Source: a virus. Taken from it: 64,000 nt of DNA. The stretch spans positions 42,487-106,486 of the IMG/VR virus record IMGVR_UViG_3300036760_000327; one strand, 5' to 3'. Positions 1 to 9,849 of the stretch are shown here, in pieces; position 1 is the stretch's first letter, and each line of letters starts with the position of its first letter. A program made the position numbers and the translations under genes. Below the pieces are notes generated by a model. The model was not told the origin of the DNA. It worked only from the letters and a program-made list of their open reading frames with translations, and did not search any database.

Positions 1-1
1 A

Positions 2-217
2 ATTGGGGCTAACTCGTTTGATCTTCTTATGCTAGATGAAATTCTTGATCTATCTCTGGCAGAAAGAGGACAAGAAGAAACCTTGGATTTGTTATATTCT
101 AAAAAACCAACCATAAATCATATTATTTTGATCAGTCACAAAGACTTGTTAAAGGGTCAATTTGATAAAGAAATTAATATTTTACGAGGCGAAGATGGAA
201 TATCAAGAATTGGATAA
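2..217 (+). CDS. SbcC/Rad50/gp46-like ABC-ATPase recombination nuclease subunit, C-terminal fragment (5'-truncated by window)
   Basis: Walker B/D-loop 'LLMLDEILD' and H-loop 'ILISH'; the frame is open from position 2. Confidence 0.75.
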   Translation: MGANSFDLLMLDEILDLSLAERGQEETLDLLYSKKPTINHIILISHKDLLKGQFDKEINILRGEDGISRIG

Positions 218-228
218 AGGAGGAAAAT

Positions 229-483
229 ATGAAATTGTGGTTATTGAGACCAAGAAAAGAATGTATTAAGAAAGATAATCCATGGGAGCCGTGGTATGAT
301 AAAGCGTTTGGATTTGTTATAAGAGCAAAAACAGAAAAAAAAGCTCGTTGTTTGGCTGATCAAGACGCGGGGGATGAAAATGACAATTTCTCTGCTTGGA
401 CAGACAAAAAATATTCAACTTGTATTGAATTAACTCCATCAGGTAAAGAACAAATAATTCTGCGAGATTTTTACAGTGCTTAA
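229..483 (+). CDS. hypothetical phage protein
   Basis: 84-aa ORF with strong RBS (AAGGAGG) upstream. Confidence 0.6.
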   Translation: MKLWLLRPRKECIKKDNPWEPWYDKAFGFVIRAKTEKKARCLADQDAGDENDNFSAWTDKKYSTCIELTPSGKEQIILRDFYSA

Positions 484-491
484 AATATAAA

Positions 492-821
492 TCATTCCTT
501 TAACAATCCAGCCGATCTTAAAGCTCCCGTTAATACACGAGAAAATGGATTAACAATTAATTCTTCTATTTCGGCAAATTTAGCTGATACATCGGCTGGT
601 ATTACGGTTTCCAAACTCCCGTGTATTAATTCATGAATTAAAGTTGAAATTTTTTCAGACGATGCCATTCTTTTTAATATATTTATTATTCTTTTATTAA
701 AATCTATGTCACCTTTGGTTTCTATATCTTTATTCGAGTTAGAAATATGTTTCTTATATTTTATCTGATATAAAATCCCTCCAATTTCAACCGTCTTACC
801 ATTAAATCTACGATTTTTCAT
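492..821 (-). CDS. small HExxH metallopeptidase-like phage protein
   Basis: 'STLIHELIHG' motif; overlaps the end of the endolysin gene. Confidence 0.5.
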   Translation of the reverse strand: MKNRRFNGKTVEIGGILYQIKYKKHISNSNKDIETKGDIDFNKRIINILKRMASSEKISTLIHELIHGSLETVIPADVSAKFAEIEELIVNPFSRVLTGALRSAGLLKE

Positions 822-1278
822 TATTTTCCCCTAGTATAAATAATTTTGCTTCTCGTGCTCGTCTACCCATAAGACCTTTATTTATCTTTCCTCCGGCATA
901 TATCCAAGATAGCATAGCTTCTGGAACTCTGCTATATTCACTCCTATTCAATCTAGACCTAGCCGTACTGGCCTGGAATCCTCCTGTCCCAATGTTAAAA
1001 ACAAAGGAAAGAAGAGCCGCATATTGGTTATCCGTAAGAGGAACTCTAACTAATCTCATAATGGCCGTAGCTGTACGTAATAAATCTTTGCGCAATAAAT
1101 CATCGGCTTGAGATTCAGTTATGCCATCTTTAAATATAGTTTCTTCATTTGGCAATAAAAGATGTCCTACACCAATTGTTTTTTTGCCAGCTACATCAAG
1201 ATAAATATGGAGGACACAAGCTTCTTCTCGTTTAATAAACTCTATAGCAATTTGGGGTATTTGACGAACCGTTATCAT
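808..1278 (-). CDS. endolysin, GH24 phage lysozyme
   Basis: E-x8-D-x5-T catalytic pattern (EEACVLHIYLDVAGKKTIGVGH), 'ALLSFVFNIG', 'GLMGRRAREAKLF'. Confidence 0.9.
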   Translation of the reverse strand: MITVRQIPQIAIEFIKREEACVLHIYLDVAGKKTIGVGHLLLPNEETIFKDGITESQADDLLRKDLLRTATAIMRLVRVPLTDNQYAALLSFVFNIGTGGFQASTARSRLNRSEYSRVPEAMLSWIYAGGKINKGLMGRRAREAKLFILGENNEKS

Positions 1279-1799
1279 TTTTTAATTCCATTCTTCAATG
1301 CGCTTATTACAGAAGAAGATGGCATGGAAGTTCTGCCTAAACTATACCTCATAAAACGGGCTCCAAACCAAAATGCCAAAATTGTCGATAGTACAGCAAA
1401 GTCTTCGCTGTTCCATATTTGCGTTCCGACTTCGTTCCATTTGGCCCCTGCTTGAACTAAAGAATAGATTAAAGAATATTTAACGTACATATAGAGCACC
1501 ATAAAACCGTATGTGATCGTTGGACGTACTGAGGAATTGTATAATGATACGATTCCATCAATCCAGCGAACACCAGTGATCTTTTGTTCTGATGCTTTAT
1601 AGATCGCTTCTGTTTCAGCTATATCAGCCTGCGCACCCAACTCCTCTAGTTTAATCTGGCCCTGTAACTTCGCGGCTTCCATCTGTAATTTTCCCATCTC
1701 TATTTCATGTTTATGATCTTCTTTATTGTTCCAAAATTTCAAAATTTCGGGCAATAATGAACCTAACAAACCAAATATAGTACCTAAAAGTGTTAGCAT
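1275..1799 (-). CDS. holin-like membrane protein
   Basis: N-terminal hydrophobic segment, 'VRPTITY' plus TM helix and 'FWFGAR' motif; directly upstream of the lysozyme. Confidence 0.65.
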   Translation of the reverse strand: MLTLLGTIFGLLGSLLPEILKFWNNKEDHKHEIEMGKLQMEAAKLQGQIKLEELGAQADIAETEAIYKASEQKITGVRWIDGIVSLYNSSVRPTITYGFMVLYMYVKYSLIYSLVQAGAKWNEVGTQIWNSEDFAVLSTILAFWFGARFMRYSLGRTSMPSSSVISALKNGIKK

Positions 1800-1802
1800 A
1801 AA

Positions 1803-2078
1803 TTATTTCACCTCTTTCGTTGTGTTATGATGGGGATAAAGGATCGTCTGTTGTGGGTGCATAATTTGAGCAATATGTGGATCCTCTGTTGTATTACAGT
1901 GGTAGAAGGACGGTGCGGGTAAAGGACCATTTGTTGTGGGTACAGGATTTGGCGGGTATACAGGACCACTTGGAAAAACTTCATAATTCCATATTGCTGG
2001 ACTACAATCACATGTTTCTTTCCACGGTGCATTTACTCTACTACATCTTGGACAAATCCATCCATAATTTGATGACAT
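1803..2078 (-). CDS. small Zn-ribbon protein
   Basis: 'GWICPRCSRVNAPWKETCDC'; RBS AAGGAGG. Confidence 0.55.
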   Translation of the reverse strand: MSSNYGWICPRCSRVNAPWKETCDCSPAIWNYEVFPSGPVYPPNPVPTTNGPLPAPSFYHCNTTEDPHIAQIMHPQQTILYPHHNTTKEVK

Positions 2079-2098
2079 AAATTTATCCTCCTTTGATT

Positions 2099-3229
2099 TT
2101 ATTTGTTTTCTTGAATTTTTTCACATATAAACGATATATTATCTTCGGACAATTCTACATGCAATGGAAGACTAATACACCTTTCAAAAAATTTAATGGC
2201 CTCCTGGCAACCATTATCGGTTTCGTATGTACGATACATTTTATAAAGATGATTCAGGCGATAATGAACGCCGCATTGTATCCCTTGTTCAGACAAATAT
2301 TTCATTAATTTATCCCTGTTATTTACAAGAATTACAAATAAATGATTAGCAGATATTCTATCTGGAAATATTTTTAATAATTCAATCTGTTCTGTATTAG
2401 CTAATAATTTTCTATATTTATCTACTAGCATTTGTCTATAGATTCTATCTTCTTCATAATGTTGCAACTGCCCTAATCCAATAGCTGCTTGTATATCATT
2501 CATATGATTTTTCCAACCCATTGATACTATATCATAGTCCCATGAATATTTTTCATTATTTGTTCGTTCGGATGTATTTTTATTTATGCCAAACCATCGC
2601 AATAATCTGGCCATTTTATCAATTTCTGGATCATAGGTAGTTAACAAACCACCATCTCCGATAGCAAGTGGTTTAACAGAATGGAGACTAAAAGTGCAGA
2701 ATCTAGAATGCAAACATCCTATTTTCTCGTTTTGATACTCAGCGCCGAAAGCGTGAGAGCTATCCTCAATTACATCTAAATGATATTTAGTAGCTATATC
2801 ATATATTGCATTCATATCAACTGGCATACCGCCAAAATGGACAACCATAATTGCTTTTGCTCTAGAATTAATAAATGGATTGGTCATTAATCTTTCAATA
2901 GATTTTGGATCTATGTTGCCGGTATCTGGTTCAATATCTGCAAAAACAGGATAGTAACCAGCTTGTAAAATACAATGATTTGTGGCAATAAAAGTCAACG
3001 GGGTCGTAATGACATAAGAGCCTTTGGGAGCTTTAAGACAAGCTAAAGCTATTTGTATGGCCGCCGTGCCAGAATTAAGTGCAATTACATATGGAGTATT
3101 CAAATATTGGGATACTGCCTGTTCAAACTCAGCAACACGAGGGCCAAGGCCGGTCCAGCCGCTTTTTAATACTTCTGTAACATTATCAATGCTTTTCTGG
3201 TAAACGTGGTGGCGGAATAAAGTTATCAT
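2099..3229 (-). CDS. DegT/DnrJ/EryC1/StrS PLP-dependent sugar aminotransferase
   Basis: 'NSGTAAI', 'TFIAT', 'VHFGG', 'IEDSSHAFG' and catalytic Lys in 'FSLHSVKPLAIGDGG'; start at MITLF inferred. Confidence 0.92.
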   Translation of the reverse strand: MITLFRHHVYQKSIDNVTEVLKSGWTGLGPRVAEFEQAVSQYLNTPYVIALNSGTAAIQIALACLKAPKGSYVITTPLTFIATNHCILQAGYYPVFADIEPDTGNIDPKSIERLMTNPFINSRAKAIMVVHFGGMPVDMNAIYDIATKYHLDVIEDSSHAFGAEYQNEKIGCLHSRFCTFSLHSVKPLAIGDGGLLTTYDPEIDKMARLLRWFGINKNTSERTNNEKYSWDYDIVSMGWKNHMNDIQAAIGLGQLQHYEEDRIYRQMLVDKYRKLLANTEQIELLKIFPDRISANHLFVILVNNRDKLMKYLSEQGIQCGVHYRLNHLYKMYRTYETDNGCQEAIKFFERCISLPLHVELSEDNISFICEKIQENK

Positions 3230-3230
3230 T

Positions 3231-3458
3231 TTATTCTTTTTCCCCCAGATATTCATAGCCAAACGGACGAATTTCCCACATGTCCATTCCCAATGATTCT
3301 AAAGCACAATGGGCACATAATACGCAATCTTTTCCCATTATATCAATTATCTTTTTCCAGTACTTATTACTAAGCTGATAATCATAGTGCATACGGGCAT
3401 GGCATTTTTTACATACCATACCATTATGTAAGATTGTCTCTAGTATTTTTTTTCTCAT
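3231..3458 (-). CDS. small CxxC...CxxC protein
   Basis: CKKC and CAHC pairs; in operon order. Confidence 0.4.
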   Translation of the reverse strand: MRKKILETILHNGMVCKKCHARMHYDYQLSNKYWKKIIDIMGKDCVLCAHCALESLGMDMWEIRPFGYEYLGEKE

Positions 3459-3798
3459 CTTTCCTTTATTTTTCTCGCATAGCCCATTGTATAAAACATT
3501 CTTTACTACAAAAATAATATTTTTTATTATTTTTTATTACAACATATACCGGATATTTAATTCCTTGAGATAATTTTTCTAATCCACAATAAGCACATTT
3601 CATATTTTTATCCTATCCTACTTGGTTTTTCCACGTCTTCTAAACTATCAATCATTAGTTGAAGTAATGAAATTGATTTTTGATAATTAGGATAATTTTT
3701 AATTAAAGCCTGAAGTTGCTGGTCCAGATTTAATTTTATCATTTCCATTTTCATTTTAGAAGTCCAACTTCGTCTTAATTTCATGCTGTTTTACCTAG

Positions 3799-4329
3799 TT
3801 AGCACCTAGTAAATCCACAAGAATAACATTTTGCACAACCTTCTTCCATAATTAAACCAGAACCACACTCTGGACAAGGCTCGGTAATAAATTTTGGGGT
3901 CTTTTTGACCGCAGTTTTTACTTCAGCAATAACTTTATCAAAATTGATCTTATGCACTTCTGGTAATTTTTCTTCTTTCTTTTCAATTATTGTTATAGAT
4001 TTCTCTTGTTTTTTTCTGCTTTTAGCCAAACATTGAGCTACAGCATCAGCACAACTTAATGTTTTTGTATTTCCAAAACCATTAGATTGATGGCAACCTA
4101 TACCTGCCAACTGTTTGATTATTGTTTCCATACTTGTTCCAGCTTTTAAAGCTAAACTAATAAGTCTTCCTAGAGCTTCAGATTGGCTGGCGGCACATCC
4201 TCCCGCCTTTCCTAAACGAATAAACACCTCCCACGGTTTTCCTTCAGCATCTTCATTTATAGTAATATATAAATTTCCACACCCCGTACTTATACGACGT
4301 GTATGTCCCCTAAGCACTTCTTCTCTCAT
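3799..4329 (-). CDS. stand-alone TSCPD-domain protein (class II RNR C-terminal/NrdJb-like) with Zn ribbon
   Basis: 'TGCGNLYITIN', 'GKAGGC', 'LSCADAVA' and terminal 'CPECG...EEGCAKCYSCGFTRC'. Confidence 0.8.
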   Translation of the reverse strand: MREEVLRGHTRRISTGCGNLYITINEDAEGKPWEVFIRLGKAGGCAASQSEALGRLISLALKAGTSMETIIKQLAGIGCHQSNGFGNTKTLSCADAVAQCLAKSRKKQEKSITIIEKKEEKLPEVHKINFDKVIAEVKTAVKKTPKFITEPCPECGSGLIMEEGCAKCYSCGFTRC

Positions 4330-4330
4330 T

Positions 4331-4888
4331 TTACATGTCCTTGATATTTGTGGCCTGATTTTCATATGAATCTGATAGATCATCATAGCTGTAAATAACA
4401 GATGGTTTTTTTGAATCAAAATTATGATTAATGGCCTCTAATAATTGAATAGGTTTTGTAACGGATTTAAATCCTGCTCTTGCATAGATAGCAATAGCAT
4501 CTATATTGTCCATATGGACTTCTACTCTAACTTTGTACAGTTTCATTTCTTCAAATGCAATACGGAGAATTCTTTTAACCATTTCTTCAGCATATCCATG
4601 TTGCCGAAATTCTTCTAATAATAATACTCTTCCTAATTTAGCCGTTCGACTAGTGATGTCAGTAGCATAAAGAGCGATAGTCCCGATCTTTTCACCGGAT
4701 TTAAGCATTACAATAAACATATTATCCGTACCAATATCCCTATATTTTTGATACCAAGCTTTTTGTTGTTCTTTGGTTATCTCATTTGCATCAAAAAAAT
4801 GATCTCTATATTTATTACGAGTTTCTCTTAACCATTCAATATCATTCTCATTTACGGGCTTAAAAACTAATCGTTCACTTTTTATCAT
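4331..4888 (-). CDS. GNAT (RimJ/RimL/PseH-like) N-acetyltransferase
   Basis: 'EFRQHGYAEEM' motif A and 'NIDAIAIYARAGF'; lies in the sugar-modification cluster. Confidence 0.85.
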   Translation of the reverse strand: MIKSERLVFKPVNENDIEWLRETRNKYRDHFFDANEITKEQQKAWYQKYRDIGTDNMFIVMLKSGEKIGTIALYATDITSRTAKLGRVLLLEEFRQHGYAEEMVKRILRIAFEEMKLYKVRVEVHMDNIDAIAIYARAGFKSVTKPIQLLEAINHNFDSKKPSVIYSYDDLSDSYENQATNIKDM

Positions 4889-5759
4889 TTAATATTTCCT
4901 CCCATTTATGACCAATTGTATCTATTGAATATTTATCCAGTACATCTTCTCTTGCCTGTTGTCCAATTTTAATTCGCAAATCTCTATTTTTTAATATCTC
5001 AAGATACATTGTCCATTCGTTCTTTGAATTATTTAAACAAACAAATCCATTTTTGCCTTGACGAATGATCTCTGTATAAGCCGGAATTGGAGAAGTTATT
5101 ACAGGCAACCCTAATATCATTGACTGGGTTAAACGATTATTCCCCTTCGCAAGTTCAAATGGCGGCAGTTCACCGAGAAACGGTATTACAATAATATCTG
5201 AATCAATTAAATCTGACCATATAGTATCTAATCTCCATTGTTTTGTTGCTTCTTTACAGGCACTAATGGTAATATATTTAAAGCCCAGAGATTCTATTAA
5301 TGGCCGTATGGTTTCGGCTTGGGGAAAATGAAGAAGAGTACCAAACCAAGAAATTATGAGATTATCTTCCCTGTGTTCTTTTTTATATAAATTTCTTGGG
5401 GTTTCATACGCGTCATTTATCGTGTATAATTTAGCTTTTGTATAAGATTGAATCCATTCTCGGATGTACTCAGAGCCACAGACAACTTTATCAGCAATCT
5501 GGGCCATTGGAATACCTTCAAAGTATAGATCATCCAGTATATAAATTACTTCTTTCCCCTTTTCTTGGCATTCTTTAGCCCTATTAATTTCAGTAAATAT
5601 TTTTTGGAATATAATAATATCATATAAATCAATATTATAGGGGGATATAAGTATATCCGAAATGATACCGTTTTGATTCATCCAGTTAGAAACATTTATA
5701 CCCATAATACGACTGCTAGGAGTATTTTTATCACCAATTAAAATCCATCCTATATACAT
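4875..5759 (-). CDS. GT-B (GT4-like) glycosyltransferase
   Basis: 'KGNNRLTQSMILGLPVITSPIPAYTEII...NGF' C-terminal GT-B motif. Confidence 0.8.
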   Translation of the reverse strand: MYIGWILIGDKNTPSSRIMGINVSNWMNQNGIISDILISPYNIDLYDIIIFQKIFTEINRAKECQEKGKEVIYILDDLYFEGIPMAQIADKVVCGSEYIREWIQSYTKAKLYTINDAYETPRNLYKKEHREDNLIISWFGTLLHFPQAETIRPLIESLGFKYITISACKEATKQWRLDTIWSDLIDSDIIVIPFLGELPPFELAKGNNRLTQSMILGLPVITSPIPAYTEIIRQGKNGFVCLNNSKNEWTMYLEILKNRDLRIKIGQQAREDVLDKYSIDTIGHKWEEILNDKK

Positions 5760-6280
5760 AAATTTACCAAATATAAAGTATGATTTCCTTTACTTTTAAG
5801 AGTATCTATTCCAATAATTTCATTGGAACAAGATTCTAATTCAAATAATGCATCGCTACATATAAAATATCTAGTATGTTCTTTAAGCCAACAAATCAAA
5901 TTTTTTCTCCATACTAAATTTTCATCTGGTAACATATCCCATCGTCGCCACGTTTCTAGCATTAAAGTTAAATCAAAATTATTATTATAAGTATTAATAA
6001 AATCTTGAAATGTAGTATGATAAAATTTAATATTATTATATTTCGTCCATTCATCATATGTCCATATATCCACACCTTGACAAATAGTATTTGGAAATTT
6101 TTTGCTCAAACCGAAAAGAACATAACCCTTGCCACAGCACAAATCAAGTATATTATGAGGACGTATATTTCTATTTATAAGTGCTTCAAAGATTTTATAT
6201 CCTCGTCCAATTCCTTCTTCTTCATTATTATTCTCGTCATTTCCCCATACTCTTTTAATTTCCATATCGCCTTCTGTCAA
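5750..6280 (-). CDS. class I SAM-dependent methyltransferase
   Basis: motif I 'ILDLCCGKG' and 'GVD'. Confidence 0.7.
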   Translation of the reverse strand: MTEGDMEIKRVWGNDENNNEEEGIGRGYKIFEALINRNIRPHNILDLCCGKGYVLFGLSKKFPNTICQGVDIWTYDEWTKYNNIKFYHTTFQDFINTYNNNFDLTLMLETWRRWDMLPDENLVWRKNLICWLKEHTRYFICSDALFELESCSNEIIGIDTLKSKGNHTLYLVNLCI

Positions 6281-6440
6281 TTTAATTCCTCCAATAATAT
6301 ATTACAAGGTTGCCCACATAAAGAACATATATAATAACAAGTGCCTATTTTTTGTTTCTTTACATCTTCTCCAATAAAATCAGGCATATCTGAAAATACT
6401 ATTAATACTTCGGCTTGGCAACATGTACTTAGATTGGTAT

Positions 6441-6935
6441 TCATTTTACTGCCCTTAAAATAAAGACTATATTATAAATTATATTTAAATAATGTTTTTT
6501 AGCAAATTCTAATTCTTTACCGGATAATTTTTGTCCCTCTGGTGTCAGGGTTTCAATTAATTGGACTAGATCAAATTTTCCAGTGTAAGTATAATGTGGA
6601 ACTTGTTTTTGTCGGCAATCAAGATACTCATAGGTTCTGTGAGTCCAATACTTTTTATGTGTTGGATCTCTAAAGGCTGATTCGCAACCCCAATACGGCA
6701 CTTGTATTTCAACCAAAGCTCCAGGCATACAAACGCGATAAATTTCTCCCATAATCCTTAAGGGGTTATCCACATGTTCAAAAAAGTAAATAGCTCTTAC
6801 TGCTGCTACACTATTGTCCTCAAAGGGTAAATCTTCATTTTCTAAATCACATATAATCTCAGCTGGTGGAAGTTTATCTACCCCAATCCATCCTGGTAAA
6901 CATTGATTTCCACAACCAATATCTAATTTAATCAT
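6441..6935 (-). CDS. SAM-dependent methyltransferase (type 11-like)
   Basis: 'KLDIGCG', 'LPFEDNSV', 'FEHV', 'EIYRVC', 'DPTH'. Confidence 0.85.
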   Translation of the reverse strand: MIKLDIGCGNQCLPGWIGVDKLPPAEIICDLENEDLPFEDNSVAAVRAIYFFEHVDNPLRIMGEIYRVCMPGALVEIQVPYWGCESAFRDPTHKKYWTHRTYEYLDCRQKQVPHYTYTGKFDLVQLIETLTPEGQKLSGKELEFAKKHYLNIIYNIVFILRAVK

Positions 6936-7058
6936 AAACGCACCATTTACATCCTATAGGATTATGTTTAGTAATAATATTTAAACGTATTAACACATGT
7001 TCAAAAAAGTCGCAAAAGTCTTTACCCTGGGATAATAAAGCATTAATTTCTTTTTCCG

Positions 7059-8435
7059 TCACATGCCCCTCTGAATAGGTATCTCGTCTTTTTCTCTACA
7101 CTTCCAAAATTGATTTATAAAATAATCCCATTTAAATTCCCACCCATGTTCGGGTAAAAATTTAACCATAAAAAAATTAATCATATCGCTAATTTCTCTA
7201 CTGCACCAGGGAGGAACATATCGCAAAGTATATTCGCTCCATTCTTTTAATGTTTGTGGCATTTTATATCCTTGTTTTTTAAAATCATCGTATAATTTTG
7301 AACCTGGGTAGGGACGAATATAGAAAAGTTTAAATTTCATATAAGGATTAATTCGATGGGCTTCTTGAAGCATTAATATTGTATCTTTAAAGTCTTCTAA
7401 TTCATCTGAATCCGGAAAACCAGTCATAGTAGAAAGATCTGGAACCATTCCAAATTTAGTTATCTTTTCTACAAATTGTAATATATTATCTTTAGTTTGA
7501 TGTTTCTTTAGTCGATCTAAAATAATCTGATTTCCACTTTCCGCTCCAATTAATATTTCCTTAATTCCAGCCTGCGCTAATGTAAGATACATTTCATCTG
7601 AATATGTTAAAGCAGCTCTTACATGCACCAAAATAGAAATTGGAACAAAATTATATCCGGTTTTTATCCATTTTTCACAAAATTCCATGACTCTAGATTT
7701 TTTAAAAAACCATTCGTCATCATCAATATTTAAATGGGATATAGACTTCTTGTGAGTAAATATATATTTAAGATCATTAATAATCTCATCAATATCCCTA
7801 AATACATATTTATGTTTGGATATAACTTGCAAGCAACAAAACCGGCAGGTTTCATAACATCCAAAACTGGTTAAGTACCCGAAATAAGGACCATATTTAT
7901 CTAAATCAATCATCTCCCATGGAATTTTTCCAAATTTTAATGGTAAACTGTCAAGACCTGTATCAATTATACCTTCTGGTTCTTTCCACAATACACCAGG
8001 ACAAGACTTTTTATTATTAGCTATATCATCTACTAGGTTAACAATTAGATGCTCAAACTGGCCTTTGGCCACAATATCTGCATAAGATTCTTGAATAATA
8101 TTTTCTGGAATTAAGGAAGCAGCCCATCCCCCCCAGACAATCGGAATAGATTTATCAAATGATCTTATATACTTAGCAAAATTAATAGCTCCTCTTAATT
8201 GTTGTCCAATTAAACTACTAATCCCCACAAATAAAGGTTTACTTTTAAGATAAGTACTTAATATTTCAGGATTATCAACTCGGGCATCGAATAGTTTAAC
8301 CTCATATCCAGCTTCCACCAATGGTCCAGATAGATTTAAAATTGAATAAGGAACTCTATGTAAACCATCGGTTTTAATATACGATATTTCTGGATAATAC
8401 AAAAGGATAGTTCCTTTACTTATGTTCCATCCCAT
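7059..8435 (-). CDS. cobalamin-binding radical SAM enzyme (class B methyltransferase-like)
   Basis: N-terminal B12-binding-like domain ('IVWGGWAASL'), CxxxCxxC 'GCYETCRFC', 'GAESG', 'PYPGS'. Confidence 0.85.
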   Translation of the reverse strand: MGWNISKGTILLYYPEISYIKTDGLHRVPYSILNLSGPLVEAGYEVKLFDARVDNPEILSTYLKSKPLFVGISSLIGQQLRGAINFAKYIRSFDKSIPIVWGGWAASLIPENIIQESYADIVAKGQFEHLIVNLVDDIANNKKSCPGVLWKEPEGIIDTGLDSLPLKFGKIPWEMIDLDKYGPYFGYLTSFGCYETCRFCCLQVISKHKYVFRDIDEIINDLKYIFTHKKSISHLNIDDDEWFFKKSRVMEFCEKWIKTGYNFVPISILVHVRAALTYSDEMYLTLAQAGIKEILIGAESGNQIILDRLKKHQTKDNILQFVEKITKFGMVPDLSTMTGFPDSDELEDFKDTILMLQEAHRINPYMKFKLFYIRPYPGSKLYDDFKKQGYKMPQTLKEWSEYTLRYVPPWCSREISDMINFFMVKFLPEHGWEFKWDYFINQFWKCREKDEIPIQRGM

Positions 8436-8437
8436 AA

Positions 8438-9307
8438 TTAATCCTCAAATGTTCCTGTTATATTTACTAGTTTACCTTGTTCACAGAAATTCCAATTTTC
8501 ATTGCTGCCATTAATATAAGACTTGCTTGCTGTATTCCATCCGCCAAATCTGGATTCAAGCATTATATTATTATCTTGAGTATAATAACTGTAATAAGCA
8601 GGTGATTTTATTACATTTTTATTATACAATGCCTTAGCTATCCATTTTCTAGGATGAATATTTTCTTCTAATTGATATTCATTTTGCTTGATAACACAAT
8701 CCGGTAAATATATGTTTTTCAATGCTAACATGCTAATTCTAAGCGGCATATCAAGATCATCACATTGGAGATCTTCATTAAAAAATTGTAATTGATCTAA
8801 CATCTCGCCCTTAAAGGCCCATACACACCCGACAACCCCCGCTCTATCCGGCGATATGTATATCCAGAAATGTGGTGCCCGTTCTTCAATTTTTATTTCC
8901 TTGTAGAAAAATTCTTTACGACCAGGAGAATCTACAAAAAATGTAGGTCGAATAGCTAAAGCTGATCCAATGTCAGGATAGGACAAAGCTTTTAATATTA
9001 AATTTAACCAATTATCTGATTCAATAACTGAATCATCGTCCCATTTTATATAAATTTGTGAGGGTTGGCGTAATGACATTAAGAAATTATGTCCAAAGAC
9101 TATACCCGTATTAAAAGAATTTTGTCCAATATAATCAAATTCTTTTCTATATTTATGGATAACTTCTTTAACTTCTGGAGTTGCATTTTGATCTAAAACA
9201 GCCCATTGAAATTTAGATCTGTCTGTATGTAATAATAAGGCTTTAATACATTTTTCAGTAGCTTGAGGACGACCAAGAACGCACATTCCAATCAAAGGCT
9301 TTTTCAT
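8438..9307 (-). CDS. GT-A (GT2-like) glycosyltransferase
   Basis: 'NTGIVFGHN', DxD motif 'KWDDD', 'DDLDMPLRI'. Confidence 0.75.
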   Translation of the reverse strand: MKKPLIGMCVLGRPQATEKCIKALLLHTDRSKFQWAVLDQNATPEVKEVIHKYRKEFDYIGQNSFNTGIVFGHNFLMSLRQPSQIYIKWDDDSVIESDNWLNLILKALSYPDIGSALAIRPTFFVDSPGRKEFFYKEIKIEERAPHFWIYISPDRAGVVGCVWAFKGEMLDQLQFFNEDLQCDDLDMPLRISMLALKNIYLPDCVIKQNEYQLEENIHPRKWIAKALYNKNVIKSPAYYSYYTQDNNIMLESRFGGWNTASKSYINGSNENWNFCEQGKLVNITGTFED

Positions 9308-9849
9308 TTTATACCCCGCACATAAATTTTTAATTGAATAAAGTCTTCTGGCGTAATTCCTTTAGCTTTTAATTCTACATCTTCTCGTAACATATCTAGT
9401 TGCTCCAAAGCTACATCTTTAACATTCGAAAATCCAACACTTTTTAATTCTTCTATTATCATACTTGGCCATAATAAAGACCGATGGTAATCATACGGAG
9501 TTTGTCCTTGACCGAGTATATTATATATAACATAGGAATAATATTTACCTTGGTGAAGTAAATGAACAGAACCTTCAAAATTGGGACAGGTAATAAATAA
9601 TGTTCCGTTAGGAACTAAAACTCTATAACATTCTTTTAAAAGTCTATAAATATCAGGTAATTCCAGATGTTCTATAAATTCTACTGATACAATATTGTCT
9701 ATGGATTCATCTTTATATGGAATTCCTTTTCTTAAATCCCAGATAATATCTACATTTGGATGTTCAATAATATCAATACCAATATAATCTTTATACTGAT
9801 TATATCTATTCTTTAAAGGATTTATACCGCATCCAAGATCAAGATTCAT
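9304..9849 (-). CDS. SAM-dependent methyltransferase (type 11-like)
   Basis: 'NLDLGCG', 'FIEHL', 'ECYRVLVPNG'. Confidence 0.85.
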   Translation of the reverse strand: MNLDLGCGINPLKNRYNQYKDYIGIDIIEHPNVDIIWDLRKGIPYKDESIDNIVSVEFIEHLELPDIYRLLKECYRVLVPNGTLFITCPNFEGSVHLLHQGKYYSYVIYNILGQGQTPYDYHRSLLWPSMIIEELKSVGFSNVKDVALEQLDMLREDVELKAKGITPEDFIQLKIYVRGIK

